Positions 55,664 through 64,000 of a DNA stretch of 64,000 nucleotides are shown here, piece by piece; position 1 is the stretch's first letter, and the number at the start of each line of letters is the position of its first letter. The DNA is taken from positions 4,535-68,534 of the forward strand of contig CAVBEH010000007.1 of assembly GCA_963594605.1 (NCBI GenBank), read 5' to 3'. The stretch comes from Bacteroidaceae bacterium (GTDB lineage Bacteria; Spirochaetota; Spirochaetia; Treponematales; Treponemataceae). The position numbers and the translations under genes were made by a program. The notes beneath the pieces were generated by a model that saw nothing but the letters and a program-made list of their open reading frames with translations, was not told where the DNA came from and did no database searches.

Positions 55664-56452
55664 TTAAAAGACGAGAGTCTCGGCGGGGACAATCCCATGC
55701 ATACCGGCAAAATCACGTGCCATTGACGCCGCCTTTATGACATTCTCCGGGACATGGGCATCGGAACTGCATATTACAGTCAGATTCCGTTCCGCGGCCA
55801 TATCCCAGAATTCATCATAAGGATACATATATCTCATTCCGTTCCGGCTCATGATTTTTCCACGGAGCATTCCGTTTCCGTTTATCTCAACAGGAAGTCC
55901 GCAATCTTCTGCCGCATCAAGCAGAGCACAGAACATTGCTCGGGCATCATCATCCCAATTCCTGTAGGCTCCCATCATAAGATCCGGATGCGCCAGAAAT
56001 TTGTAGATCCCGCTGCGGACAGCATCTATTGTCTGATCTATATACTTATGAAAAAGCCCGCGCGAATCAACATCAAGTATGTAGATATAATCCGAGCCGT
56101 CACGCACCCAATGCGCACCCAAAACAAGATAATCCGCTCCGGCCTCACCGAGAAGCCTGTCCTTATACCAGGATTCAAATTCCGCCGCACCCTCACATTC
56201 AAAACCGGCATAAACAGGAAAAGAGACTTTTCCGGCGGCAGTCCTTACCTGATTCATGTAAATTTCTATTTCCGATTCCCTCATTCTGCTGTCCGACCAA
56301 TCCGCTACAGGTCCGGGAGGATAAGGACAATGGGATGACATACCCAACGCCGAACATCCGTCCTTCTCCGCCTGAGCCACATAATCTGCGACAGTTCCAG
56401 ATGCATGGCGACACAGAACATTATGCGTATGGTAATTAGAAATTCCGGTCAT
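55664..56452 (-). CDS. PHP-domain phosphoesterase (HisJ-family histidinol-phosphatase-like)
   Basis: NYHTHNVLCRHA, GMSSHCP, LAHPDL, SSDAH are His/Asp metal-ligand motifs of the PHP family. Confidence 0.8.
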   Translation of the reverse strand: MTGISNYHTHNVLCRHASGTVADYVAQAEKDGCSALGMSSHCPYPPGPVADWSDSRMRESEIEIYMNQVRTAAGKVSFPVYAGFECEGAAEFESWYKDRLLGEAGADYLVLGAHWVRDGSDYIYILDVDSRGLFHKYIDQTIDAVRSGIYKFLAHPDLMMGAYRNWDDDARAMFCALLDAAEDCGLPVEINGNGMLRGKIMSRNGMRYMYPYDEFWDMAAERNLTVICSSDAHVPENVIKAASMARDFAGMHGIVPAETLVF

Positions 56453-56494
56453 CTTCCGGCCCCCAATCGGAGCAAATATGTCTCCAGATGAACT

Positions 56495-56537
56495 GTATAT
56501 TAAAATACCGTCCGGGAAACCAAATCCACAGACGGTA
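56495..56537 (-). terminator. Intrinsic terminator of the che operon
   Basis: Minus strand reads ATACCGTC, an 18-nt loop, GACGGTAT, then TTTAATAT. The stem is 56504-56511 paired with 56530-56537. Confidence 0.5.
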
Positions 56538-56609
56538 TCAGGTGAACATACATCGCCGCAGCTATTTTACGGACAACCACATCCGCACGGCAAATGCTGA
56601 ATTCATATA

Positions 56610-57044
56610 CTACTGCAGCACTTTTGATATACGCTCAAGAACCTTCTTGCGGTCAAGCGGTTTGATTATGTAGCTTTTTGCGCCGAGCATAAGTGACTTC
56701 TTTACAAGCTCCTCCTTTCCGAGAGCACTTACCATGACGACACGCGCATTCTTGTCGAACGCCATTATCTGCTCAAGGGCAGTTATGCCGTCCATCTTCG
56801 GCATAGTAATATCCATTGTCACCAGATCGACATTCGGGCAGAGTTCCTTGTACTTGTCAACACCGTCCTTTCCGTCCACTGCTGTCGCAACGACCTCGTA
56901 TCCTTCACTTGTCAGGATCTGACCAAGCTGTTTGGCGACAAACATAGAGTCATCAACGACAAGCACTCTATATGCGGTTCCGTCAGATTTCAGGCCTTCC
57001 GGCGGACGCTCATTGATTGAAGGAAAATCCTGTGTAGTTCTCAT
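56610..57044 (-). CDS. cheY: Chemotaxis response regulator CheY
   Basis: VLVVDDSMFV, DLVTMDITMPKMDG, MVSALG, YIIKP form the receiver domain. An N-terminal extension of about 25 aa is present. Confidence 0.93.
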   Translation of the reverse strand: MRTTQDFPSINERPPEGLKSDGTAYRVLVVDDSMFVAKQLGQILTSEGYEVVATAVDGKDGVDKYKELCPNVDLVTMDITMPKMDGITALEQIMAFDKNARVVMVSALGKEELVKKSLMLGAKSYIIKPLDRKKVLERISKVLQ

Positions 57045-57088
57045 AATATTTCTCCTATAAATAACAATTCAGCGACTGAAAGCTGAAG

Positions 57089-57571
57089 CTATGTCCTTTC
57101 ACGTATAGCAACATTGACCTCAATTTTTCCACATTCGGAAATAAGAGGCACAATAAGCGCTTCGACACTGTCCGTAGTTCCTCCCAGAGCAGCAATCTCC
57201 ATTTTCTGACCGACAAAAAGAGCCGGCGGTGTCAAATCAAACCTGAACCCCAGTTCATGCAGTTTCGTAACAGCCTGAGCTGTAATCAGATTCGCAAGCT
57301 CACTTATAGTGGCTTTTGCAAGATCATCGAAAGCGGGAAGATTCTCGCCATTCATTCTGGAGGCAATGTTCAGAGCCGTCTCCATCGTCATGTCAAAAAG
57401 CACACGCCCCTCGACATCTCCCGCAAGTCCCACAAGAGCAGCAACACCCATTACCGGCATTGCTGTGGATTTCAGATAGAGATCTCCACGCTTCACCTCT
57501 GCTCCGCCGAGCACCTCCTGAAGCACACGGAATGACGTCTCAACAAACGGATTAATATACTCTACGCGCAT
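57089..57571 (-). CDS. cheX: CheY-P phosphatase CheX
   Basis: MRVEYINPFVETSFRVLQEVLG ... GDVEGRVLFDM... is CheC/CheX-family. The position between cheW and cheY matches the spirochaete operon. Confidence 0.88.
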   Translation of the reverse strand: MRVEYINPFVETSFRVLQEVLGGAEVKRGDLYLKSTAMPVMGVAALVGLAGDVEGRVLFDMTMETALNIASRMNGENLPAFDDLAKATISELANLITAQAVTKLHELGFRFDLTPPALFVGQKMEIAALGGTTDSVEALIVPLISECGKIEVNVAIRERT

Positions 57572-57584
57572 TTTCTATCTCCTA

Positions 57585-58958
57585 TCAGTCTTTTGTATAT
57601 GCAACAAGCGAACCGCTTGAATTCTCTCCGAATTTGAACTCCGGAGGCAGCACCTCATTCTCACCTATTATGGCTACAGCATTGCCTTTCATCTTCTCCT
57701 GGAAATCAGATATGACAGTCTCCACGGATTTTTCGTCCATCATGGAAAGAATATCCCGTGCGAAAATCACATCAACCATCGGAAGAGCGTTTGTATTCTT
57801 GCAGTCATGATATTCAAACATCACGCTGTCCCTGATTTCCTGAGAAAAACACGGTTCTCCATTTGCCTTTGTGCCGAGGTATGGAGCATACCAATCCCCG
57901 GAAAGCTGCGACGGCACAGAGAGAAGAGCCGCATTGGAAACATTCAGAAGATCTATATCCTGCGCATATATTCTTATCTTCGCATCAGGATAGCGCTTTT
58001 TCAGGACACAGGCGAGTGAATATGTCTCCATTCCCTTGCCGCACCCCGGATTCCATACGACCATCTGCCTTGCGGAATTGTCAGGAAGAAGTTTTTCCAC
58101 GTTTTCCGCAAAGTCCTTTGACCACCATTTTCCGTTGAATGAGGACCAGAACGGCTTCAGGAATTCATCCGCATCATTCTCATTCTGAAGCTGAATTCTG
58201 TCCGCACCGCGCTCTTTCAGCCATTCATCATAACGGTGACTGATCCATGCCGAATTCACCGGAGACACATAGAATTTCCTGTAATTCAGAAGACTTTCCG
58301 CAATGAACTTCAGATTTTTGCTTTTGGTCTCATCCTCAGCAGAGGCATCACCTGCCGGTTTCTGCCGCACATTCTGTGTTGCGGATACAGGCTGCCGTGA
58401 ATTCTCATCATAACGTTTTTCAGCCGGAACATTCCCCTGTTCCTTCACATCCTTTGCTGAAAAAATTCTGGACACATCAAGAAGGACATAAAGCCTGTTG
58501 TTGCTCTCGACCACTCCGTTTATATATTTTATATTTATATCGCCGAAAAGCGGATGAGGAGGCTGAATCGTGCTCTTCTGAACTCCGACCACCTTGTCGA
58601 TTTTATCCACTACAACACCGAATTTCTGCTCTCCGACGTTAAGTATAAGAAGGTTCTCAAGTTTATTCTCCTCACGCTGCGGCACCTCGATATTAAAAAA
58701 GAGGCGGAGATCAAGAATCGGAATAATCTCACCGCGGAGATTATACACACCAAGAACAAATGGAAGCGTATTCGGAACATAAGTAAAGCGTCCGGCCTTT
58801 GCAATCTCCTTCACATTCATGATGTCAATGGCATAGTCCTTTCCTGAAAGCGCAAAAGTGACCATCTTGAAATCCACAACAACAGCAGAATCCTTCTTTT
58901 CAGCTGTCTCCGCCGCAACATTCTGATCCGCAGCCTGAACCTGTTTCTCCAATTCCAT
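57585..58958 (-). CDS. CheW domain fused to a CheR-like methyltransferase-fold domain
   Basis: The N-terminal half is CheW (FALSGKDYAIDIMNVKEIA...VLGVYNLRGEIIPILDL...FGVVVDKIDKVVGV). The C-terminal half is CheR-like (VVWNPGCGKGMETYSLACVL...IYAQDID...VIFARDIL). ATG 58958 has a GGGAGC SD; the ORF-track TTG at 58979 overlaps cheA. Confidence 0.85.
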   Translation of the reverse strand: MELEKQVQAADQNVAAETAEKKDSAVVVDFKMVTFALSGKDYAIDIMNVKEIAKAGRFTYVPNTLPFVLGVYNLRGEIIPILDLRLFFNIEVPQREENKLENLLILNVGEQKFGVVVDKIDKVVGVQKSTIQPPHPLFGDINIKYINGVVESNNRLYVLLDVSRIFSAKDVKEQGNVPAEKRYDENSRQPVSATQNVRQKPAGDASAEDETKSKNLKFIAESLLNYRKFYVSPVNSAWISHRYDEWLKERGADRIQLQNENDADEFLKPFWSSFNGKWWSKDFAENVEKLLPDNSARQMVVWNPGCGKGMETYSLACVLKKRYPDAKIRIYAQDIDLLNVSNAALLSVPSQLSGDWYAPYLGTKANGEPCFSQEIRDSVMFEYHDCKNTNALPMVDVIFARDILSMMDEKSVETVISDFQEKMKGNAVAIIGENEVLPPEFKFGENSSGSLVAYTKD

Positions 58959-58968
58959 AAAAAGCTCC

Positions 58969-61392
58969 CTATTCTGCAAACTGATCGTTCTGATGTGCCA
59001 GCAGTTCCTGCTTCACCCCAAGTTCAAGCAGCTGACTCACATCTATGATAAGAGAAACCGAACCGTCTCCAAGTATGGAGGCTCCTGCAATTCCAGGAGA
59101 ATTAGTGAACTGATCGCGTAGAGGTTTAATTACAACATCCTCCTCGCCGATAAGAGCGTCAACCATAACTCCTATCTTCTTCTCCTGCGTTCCGACAATA
59201 ACTATATAACATTCATTGCTGTGCGCAGTTTCCTTTATATTGAACAATCTTGACAGACGAAGAACACTTATAACCTCGTTACGGACATTCATTATCTCGT
59301 AATTGTCAATCGTGTTTATCTCGTCATAACGCACACACTGGCTTTCGATGACATTTGCAATCGGAATTGAATATACTTCCTTTCCGACACGGACAAGAAG
59401 TCCCTGAATAATCGCAAGCGTGAGCGGTATCTTGATTGTAAATGTAGTCCCCTGCCCCGCCGCAGAACTTATCGCAATCGTACCGTTCAGGTTGGTTATC
59501 ATAGTGCGGACGACATCAAGTCCCACACCTCGTCCTGATATATTGGAAATCTTATCAGCTGTAGAGAAACCGGGCTGCATTATCAGCTGATATGCCTCCT
59601 GATCGGTAAGCACCTTATCCGGATGTATCAGACCACGCTCAATCGCCTTGCTTCTAACCTTATCCACATTTATTCCGGCTCCGTCATCCTTTATCTCGAT
59701 GACAATCATATTTCCTTCATTTGAAGCCTTGAGCAGAACAGTTCCCGTCTCCGGCTTGCCGGCGGCCTTTCTTACAGCCGGAAGCTCAATTCCATGATCC
59801 ACGGAATTTCTGACACAATGCATTATCGGATCCAGAAGATCCTCGACAACAGACTTGTCAAGCTCGGTATCCTCACCTTCAATGACAAGATTGATTTTCT
59901 TGTCAAGATCACGCTGAAGGTCGCGGACCACACGCGGAAAACGGCTGAAAATCTGATTGATCGGAACCATCCTGATTTTCATGACCCCTTCCTGCAGTTC
60001 CCCGGCAATACCACCAAGATTCTGTGTGTAGGAACGGAATTTATTTGTGACAGCCTTAAGTTCCGCCTCATAGCTATCGAACACAGAACTCATATCTCCG
60101 TATTCCTGGACCACCTTTCTCCGCACCTCATTGACGGAACGTCCGTTCTTTATCTCGTCAAGATACTGCGGAATCTGATCAAACAGTCTGTGAAGCTTCT
60201 CCTTGAAAGCGCTCTCCGCAGACTGGAACTGGACAGCTCCGTTCACCATCTGAAGCGCAAGCTGATTGAACGAGGCCTTTATTATAACCGTCTCGGACAC
60301 AAGATTCAGAAGATAGTCTATACGCCTTGAATCAACGCGGAGTATTGAGCCCTGCTGAAGATGCTGGCCTTCTTTTTTCGGTTCTGTCTTTACAGCCGGC
60401 TTTGAAGCGGCCGGAACTGCCTCCGCAGGTTTGGATTCCGGCTCAGTCTTTGCTTCCTGCACCGGCTGACTTGCAGCCCCGGCGGCAGGAGCTGGAGATT
60501 CATGTCCGACATTCTGAGACAGAATCTCCTCAAGTACATCCTTTGACGGTTCCTGCGAAACTGTCTTTTCCGGAGTTCCGGCATAATTGTCATCAGTTAT
60601 CCGGTGGGCATCCGTAACAAGCGTCACGTCACTCAAAAACGCAGCATCTTCGATATGGGAGGCATCGGCATCTGTCGCCATATAATAGAAAACATTCTCG
60701 TAAAACTGATCCTCATAAAGGGCGTCAAAATCAGGAATCGTCTTAAGCACATTTCCTATGGATTTGAGTGCGGCGAAAACCTGAATTCCGCCGACTGTGT
60801 TCATCGGATTATTCTCGTCGAATTTTACGGCGACACACCAGAGCTTCTGCTTTGCCTCGCAGGCCGACTTGAGCTCCAGATACTCAGGCTCTGTAAGTTT
60901 CGGAATCGCAAGCCCGGACACAGCCGCAGGCACCTGCTGAACCGGTGCGACAGGAGCTGCCGGCTTAGGATGTACCGCTGCCTTTTTCTGGGATTTGTCA
61001 GGAACATAGGAATGAAGCTTATTCAGAATTCCGTCAATATTCTCCTCGTACACGGAACCGTTCTGTCTGGCCTCAAGCATCGCCTTTATGACATCTATTG
61101 ATGTAAGAAGAAGATCCACGACATCCTCATCAACTTTCAGTCTGTCAGAACGGATCTCGTCAAGAACATCTTCCACCGAATGCGTAAAATGGGAAAGCTC
61201 CATCATCTCAACCGTAGCGGAACCGCCTTTCAGCGTATGCGCAGCCCTGAAAATCTCATCAATGGCCTCATGGTTGGACGGATCATTTTCTATGACAAGA
61301 ACATTGCTCTCAAGCTGCTCAACCTGCTGTTCGGCTTCCGCAAAAAAGTCCTTGAGAAGTTCCTCATTATTAGGATCAAGATAGTCGCTCAT
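58969..61392 (-). CDS. cheA: Chemotaxis histidine kinase CheA
   Basis: Hpt domain (FRAAHTLKGGSATV), a Pro/Ala-rich linker, a dimerisation domain, the HATPase (HCVRNSVDHGIE, DDGAGI, GRGVGLDVV), and a C-terminal CheW-like P5. Confidence 0.96.
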   Translation of the reverse strand: MSDYLDPNNEELLKDFFAEAEQQVEQLESNVLVIENDPSNHEAIDEIFRAAHTLKGGSATVEMMELSHFTHSVEDVLDEIRSDRLKVDEDVVDLLLTSIDVIKAMLEARQNGSVYEENIDGILNKLHSYVPDKSQKKAAVHPKPAAPVAPVQQVPAAVSGLAIPKLTEPEYLELKSACEAKQKLWCVAVKFDENNPMNTVGGIQVFAALKSIGNVLKTIPDFDALYEDQFYENVFYYMATDADASHIEDAAFLSDVTLVTDAHRITDDNYAGTPEKTVSQEPSKDVLEEILSQNVGHESPAPAAGAASQPVQEAKTEPESKPAEAVPAASKPAVKTEPKKEGQHLQQGSILRVDSRRIDYLLNLVSETVIIKASFNQLALQMVNGAVQFQSAESAFKEKLHRLFDQIPQYLDEIKNGRSVNEVRRKVVQEYGDMSSVFDSYEAELKAVTNKFRSYTQNLGGIAGELQEGVMKIRMVPINQIFSRFPRVVRDLQRDLDKKINLVIEGEDTELDKSVVEDLLDPIMHCVRNSVDHGIELPAVRKAAGKPETGTVLLKASNEGNMIVIEIKDDGAGINVDKVRSKAIERGLIHPDKVLTDQEAYQLIMQPGFSTADKISNISGRGVGLDVVRTMITNLNGTIAISSAAGQGTTFTIKIPLTLAIIQGLLVRVGKEVYSIPIANVIESQCVRYDEINTIDNYEIMNVRNEVISVLRLSRLFNIKETAHSNECYIVIVGTQEKKIGVMVDALIGEEDVVIKPLRDQFTNSPGIAGASILGDGSVSLIIDVSQLLELGVKQELLAHQNDQFAE

Positions 61393-61399
61393 ACGTCAT

Positions 61400-61427
61400 A
61401 TTATATAACTAAAAAAATAGTTTTCAA
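61400..61427 (-). promoter_or_regulatory. sigma70 promoter of the che operon, leaderless geometry
   Basis: Minus strand reads TTGAAA (61427-61422), 16 nt, TATAAT (61405-61400), 7 nt, ATG 61392. No SD. Confidence 0.5.
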
Positions 61428-61583
61428 GAGATTTTTTGCAGCACGGCTTTATTTTTAAGCATGACGGCAATTCATATAATATATCCGCCGTCATCCGCCG
61501 ATAATTGACAAGAGATTTATCAGCCTATCCGGAACCGCCATTTTCCGGATATGACACAAAAGCGGCCTCAGGAGATTTCCGTG

Positions 61584-62831
61584 ATGAAGAAATTCGGACT
61601 TATAAATACAATCGCAGCAGTTCTCGTACTACAGACATCAGGTCTGCATGCCGCCACGGTATTCAGCGGATATGCCGGAGGAAAGGTGAATTACTCAGCC
61701 GGAAACAGCGGCACGGACACATCCGACTATGATCCGGACTTAAAGCTCCAGTCCTTTTTTGCAGGACAGTTCAACTTCTCAAAAAACATCTGGGGACATC
61801 TCGAATTTTCCATAGATACAGGCGATCTCCTCTCAAGAAAATTCTTCAGCGGCGTGGACTCCAAATTCAAAGTCGATGAGGTGTCAATGACATTCAGAAA
61901 CCAGACAGAGCAGACATCAAACTATCTGAGCGTATTCATGGGAACATACGATCCGATCGGATCAGACGTATTTCTGCAAAGATATTTCGGAATCACCCCC
62001 ATCTCATCAAAAATAACGGAAAGCTGGCTTGGGCTCTCCGGGTCAATTCTATATCCGCATTTCGGTGCGGGAGTGGCGGATGTGCTGATGCTCCACACGC
62101 AGCCGCTCGCAGGAGGCCTGTACGTCTACCTCAACAACGAGCAGTCCGATGATGACTCGTCCGCGGAATATTTCATGCTGAACACGGACATCCGGTTCGC
62201 CTGCTCGCTCAGATACCTCACGGTGGACTTTGCGACAGGACTCGGAATTCCTCTCAAGGACAAATATAACGGAGCGGATGTGTTCGTCGTTGTGGACACA
62301 ATATACTGGCACATGGGAACAACGCTTCTGGCAGGAAACAACTACACGAATTCGTTCTTCATGCAGGCGGGACTCTTCAACGGCTCATTCACCAAACTCG
62401 GAAATTCAATGACGCTCAATCCGGAGCATCTTTATCTGCTTGCCGAACCGCGTTTTCTCATAGGAAATTCCCATCTGAACATCTCGCTGTTCAGTCTTCC
62501 GTCGGACACCGCGGGAAACCTTCTGCTGCTGAGCAGCGAGGACACATTCGGAATCGACATGAACATGTACTGCGAGTCCCTTTTCATCGGCTCAAAACTG
62601 TGTACGGTCGGCACACACGTGACCGTGACACTTCCCGGAAAACACATAACCGATATAGGAGATATGCAGAATCTGTTCTCGGACGGAGTCAATGTGAACC
62701 TGACTCCTTACCTTTCAATGAATTTCCTTTCCGGCGAGCTCCACAGCCAGTTCCAGATAAAATTCTCGCAGTTCGCGAAAAACTGGTACAACGCATTCGC
62801 CGCGGATATAGGCTACAGGACAAGATTCTGA
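61584..62831 (+). CDS. Putative outer-membrane beta-barrel protein, hypothetical
   Basis: Signal peptide MKKFGLINTIAAVLVLQTSGLHA. Alternating aromatic/polar pattern. The C-terminus ...IGYRTRF ends in Phe. AGGAG SD lies before ATG 61584. Confidence 0.55.
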   Translation: MKKFGLINTIAAVLVLQTSGLHAATVFSGYAGGKVNYSAGNSGTDTSDYDPDLKLQSFFAGQFNFSKNIWGHLEFSIDTGDLLSRKFFSGVDSKFKVDEVSMTFRNQTEQTSNYLSVFMGTYDPIGSDVFLQRYFGITPISSKITESWLGLSGSILYPHFGAGVADVLMLHTQPLAGGLYVYLNNEQSDDDSSAEYFMLNTDIRFACSLRYLTVDFATGLGIPLKDKYNGADVFVVVDTIYWHMGTTLLAGNNYTNSFFMQAGLFNGSFTKLGNSMTLNPEHLYLLAEPRFLIGNSHLNISLFSLPSDTAGNLLLLSSEDTFGIDMNMYCESLFIGSKLCTVGTHVTVTLPGKHITDIGDMQNLFSDGVNVNLTPYLSMNFLSGELHSQFQIKFSQFAKNWYNAFAADIGYRTRF

Positions 62832-62911
62832 CATCCGCAGCCGGACGGATGCCGGAATAAATGAACGGATGTCCACGGCGCAGAGCGCCGTGACAGTGCC
62901 ATCCGCATGAA

Positions 62912-64000
62912 TCAGAACCTGAAGGCGGCAAGGCGGCGGCAGGCTTCGGCGACATCACCGTGATGTCCGAATGCGCTTATCCGGACAAAGGATTCCCCCG
63001 CCGGTCCGAATCCGGAACCCGGCGTGACGACGACACGGCAGCGGTCCAGCAGAATGTCGAAAACATCCCAGCTCCTCATTCCCGGAAATTTAACCCAGAC
63101 ATACGGAGAATTTCCGGTGAAATAAACCTCAGCTCCGGCATCAGAAAAATTCTTTCCACAGAATGTCCTTTCTATCAGGGAGGCGTTCTCCCGGTAATAG
63201 TCAATCACGCCGCGCATCGCCTCAAGTCCCCGGCTGTCAAGACAGGCAAGTCCGCCGTTCTGCGCCACGTTTGACGCACCGTTAAAAAGCGTTGTCATGA
63301 CGCGGTTCCAGTCCGCACGGACGGAGGTTCCGTCCTCAAACTTCAGTTCCTTTGGCACGACCGACCATCCGAGGCGCACGCCCGTAAAACCAGCCGGTTT
63401 GGAGAATGAATTTATCTCTATGGCGCAGGTTCTCGCTCCGTCAATCTCGAAAATCGACTTAGGCAGATTCCCGTCGCGGATAAATTCACGGTAAGCCGCA
63501 TCAAAGATTATTATGCAGCCGTTAGAATTCGCAAAGTCAACAAGCCTTCCAAGCTCCTCCCTTGTGGAGACCGCACCCGTCGGATTGTTCGGAGAACAGA
63601 AATATATCAGCGAGTCAGGCCTGACCGCGGAAAGATCGGGAAAAAATCCGTTCTCCGGCGTGCACGGCATATATGTCACGCCGGCATATCCGGACTCTCC
63701 GGGAGCTCCGGCCGCACCTGCAATCACAGAGCCGTCAACATAAACCGGATAGGCAGGATCCTGGACCGCGACATTCACGTCCGCGCCGAAAAGCGTCTGG
63801 ATTCTCGCGATGTCGCACTTCGCACCGTCGGAAATGAACACCTCGTCGGCATCGACCAGCCCCGGATAGAACACCTCCGCGATTCTTGAACGCAGGGCGG
63901 AAAGTCCCTGCTCGTCGCCGTAGCCCGAATATCCCTCAGCCGTGGCAAGCCCCTCCGAATATGACGCCATAGCCCCGGCAATATACTCCGGAAGCGGCTC
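62912..64000 (-). CDS. dapL: LL-diaminopimelate aminotransferase (N-terminus beyond the window)
   Basis: YGDEQGLSALRSRIAEVFY, FISDGAKCDI, VAVQDPAYPVYVDGSV, CSPNNPTG, SFSKPAGFTGVRLGW are DapL signatures. The frame stays open to the window end. Confidence 0.88.
   Translation of the reverse strand, partial: EPLPEYIAGAMASYSEGLATAEGYSGYGDEQGLSALRSRIAEVFYPGLVDADEVFISDGAKCDIARIQTLFGADVNVAVQDPAYPVYVDGSVIAGAAGAPGESGYAGVTYMPCTPENGFFPDLSAVRPDSLIYFCSPNNPTGAVSTREELGRLVDFANSNGCIIIFDAAYREFIRDGNLPKSIFEIDGARTCAIEINSFSKPAGFTGVRLGWSVVPKELKFEDGTSVRADWNRVMTTLFNGASNVAQNGGLACLDSRGLEAMRGVIDYYRENASLIERTFCGKNFSDAGAEVYFTGNSPYVWVKFPGMRSWDVFDILLDRCRVVVTPGSGFGPAGESFVRISAFGHHGDVAEACRRLAAFRF

Noticed and set aside
1-64000. 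Screen of the whole window for CRISPR arrays, transposases/IS ends, prophage genes, toxin-antitoxin pairs, restriction-modification or other defence modules, and in-frame TGA (selenocysteine) in the XDH-like genes
   Set aside because: I saw no repeat-spacer periodicity, no transposase or integrase other than Xer, and no recognisable defence or TA proteins. None of the called genes needs stop-codon read-through.

Overview
This 64 kb window looks like a mostly housekeeping chromosomal segment of a spirochaete, probably a Treponema-like organism. The taxonomic call is inferred from gene content only: a cheA / cheW-cheR-like / cheX / cheY operon, an orphan FliG paralogue, DapL, feoA-feoA-feoB and many lipoproteins. 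I call about 52 protein genes (two partial at the window edges), one tRNA-Val(TAC), several intrinsic terminators and a set of sigma70-type promoters. I see no transposase, prophage, CRISPR array or recognisable defence or toxin system, so I cannot point to one obvious novel system. The observations most worth a second look are listed here. (1) A tightly coupled operon joins a DegT-type sugar aminotransferase to a divergent xanthine-dehydrogenase/CODH-family L-S-M trimer whose catalytic motifs look degenerate by eye. (2) A thrA / [FL-DAHP synthase::prephenate dehydratase-ACT fusion] / orphan ilvN-like ACT subunit operon. (3) Twelve start codons have a -10 hexamer 5-10 nt upstream and no Shine-Dalgarno, which is leaderless-type geometry; six of them are exact TATAAT 6-7 nt upstream. 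(4) A 56-aa Cys-rich ORF downstream of feoB is absent from the ORF track. (5) A palindrome with DtxR-type half-sites lies over the feo promoter, 3 kb from a DtxR-family regulator gene. (6) A PTS-EIIA-like gene sits directly upstream of a pyruvate kinase that carries a PEP-utiliser domain. (7) A perfect 15-bp inverted repeat lies between the xer recombinase gene and hslVU. All functional calls come from reading the translated ORFs by eye against remembered family motifs; no searches were run.
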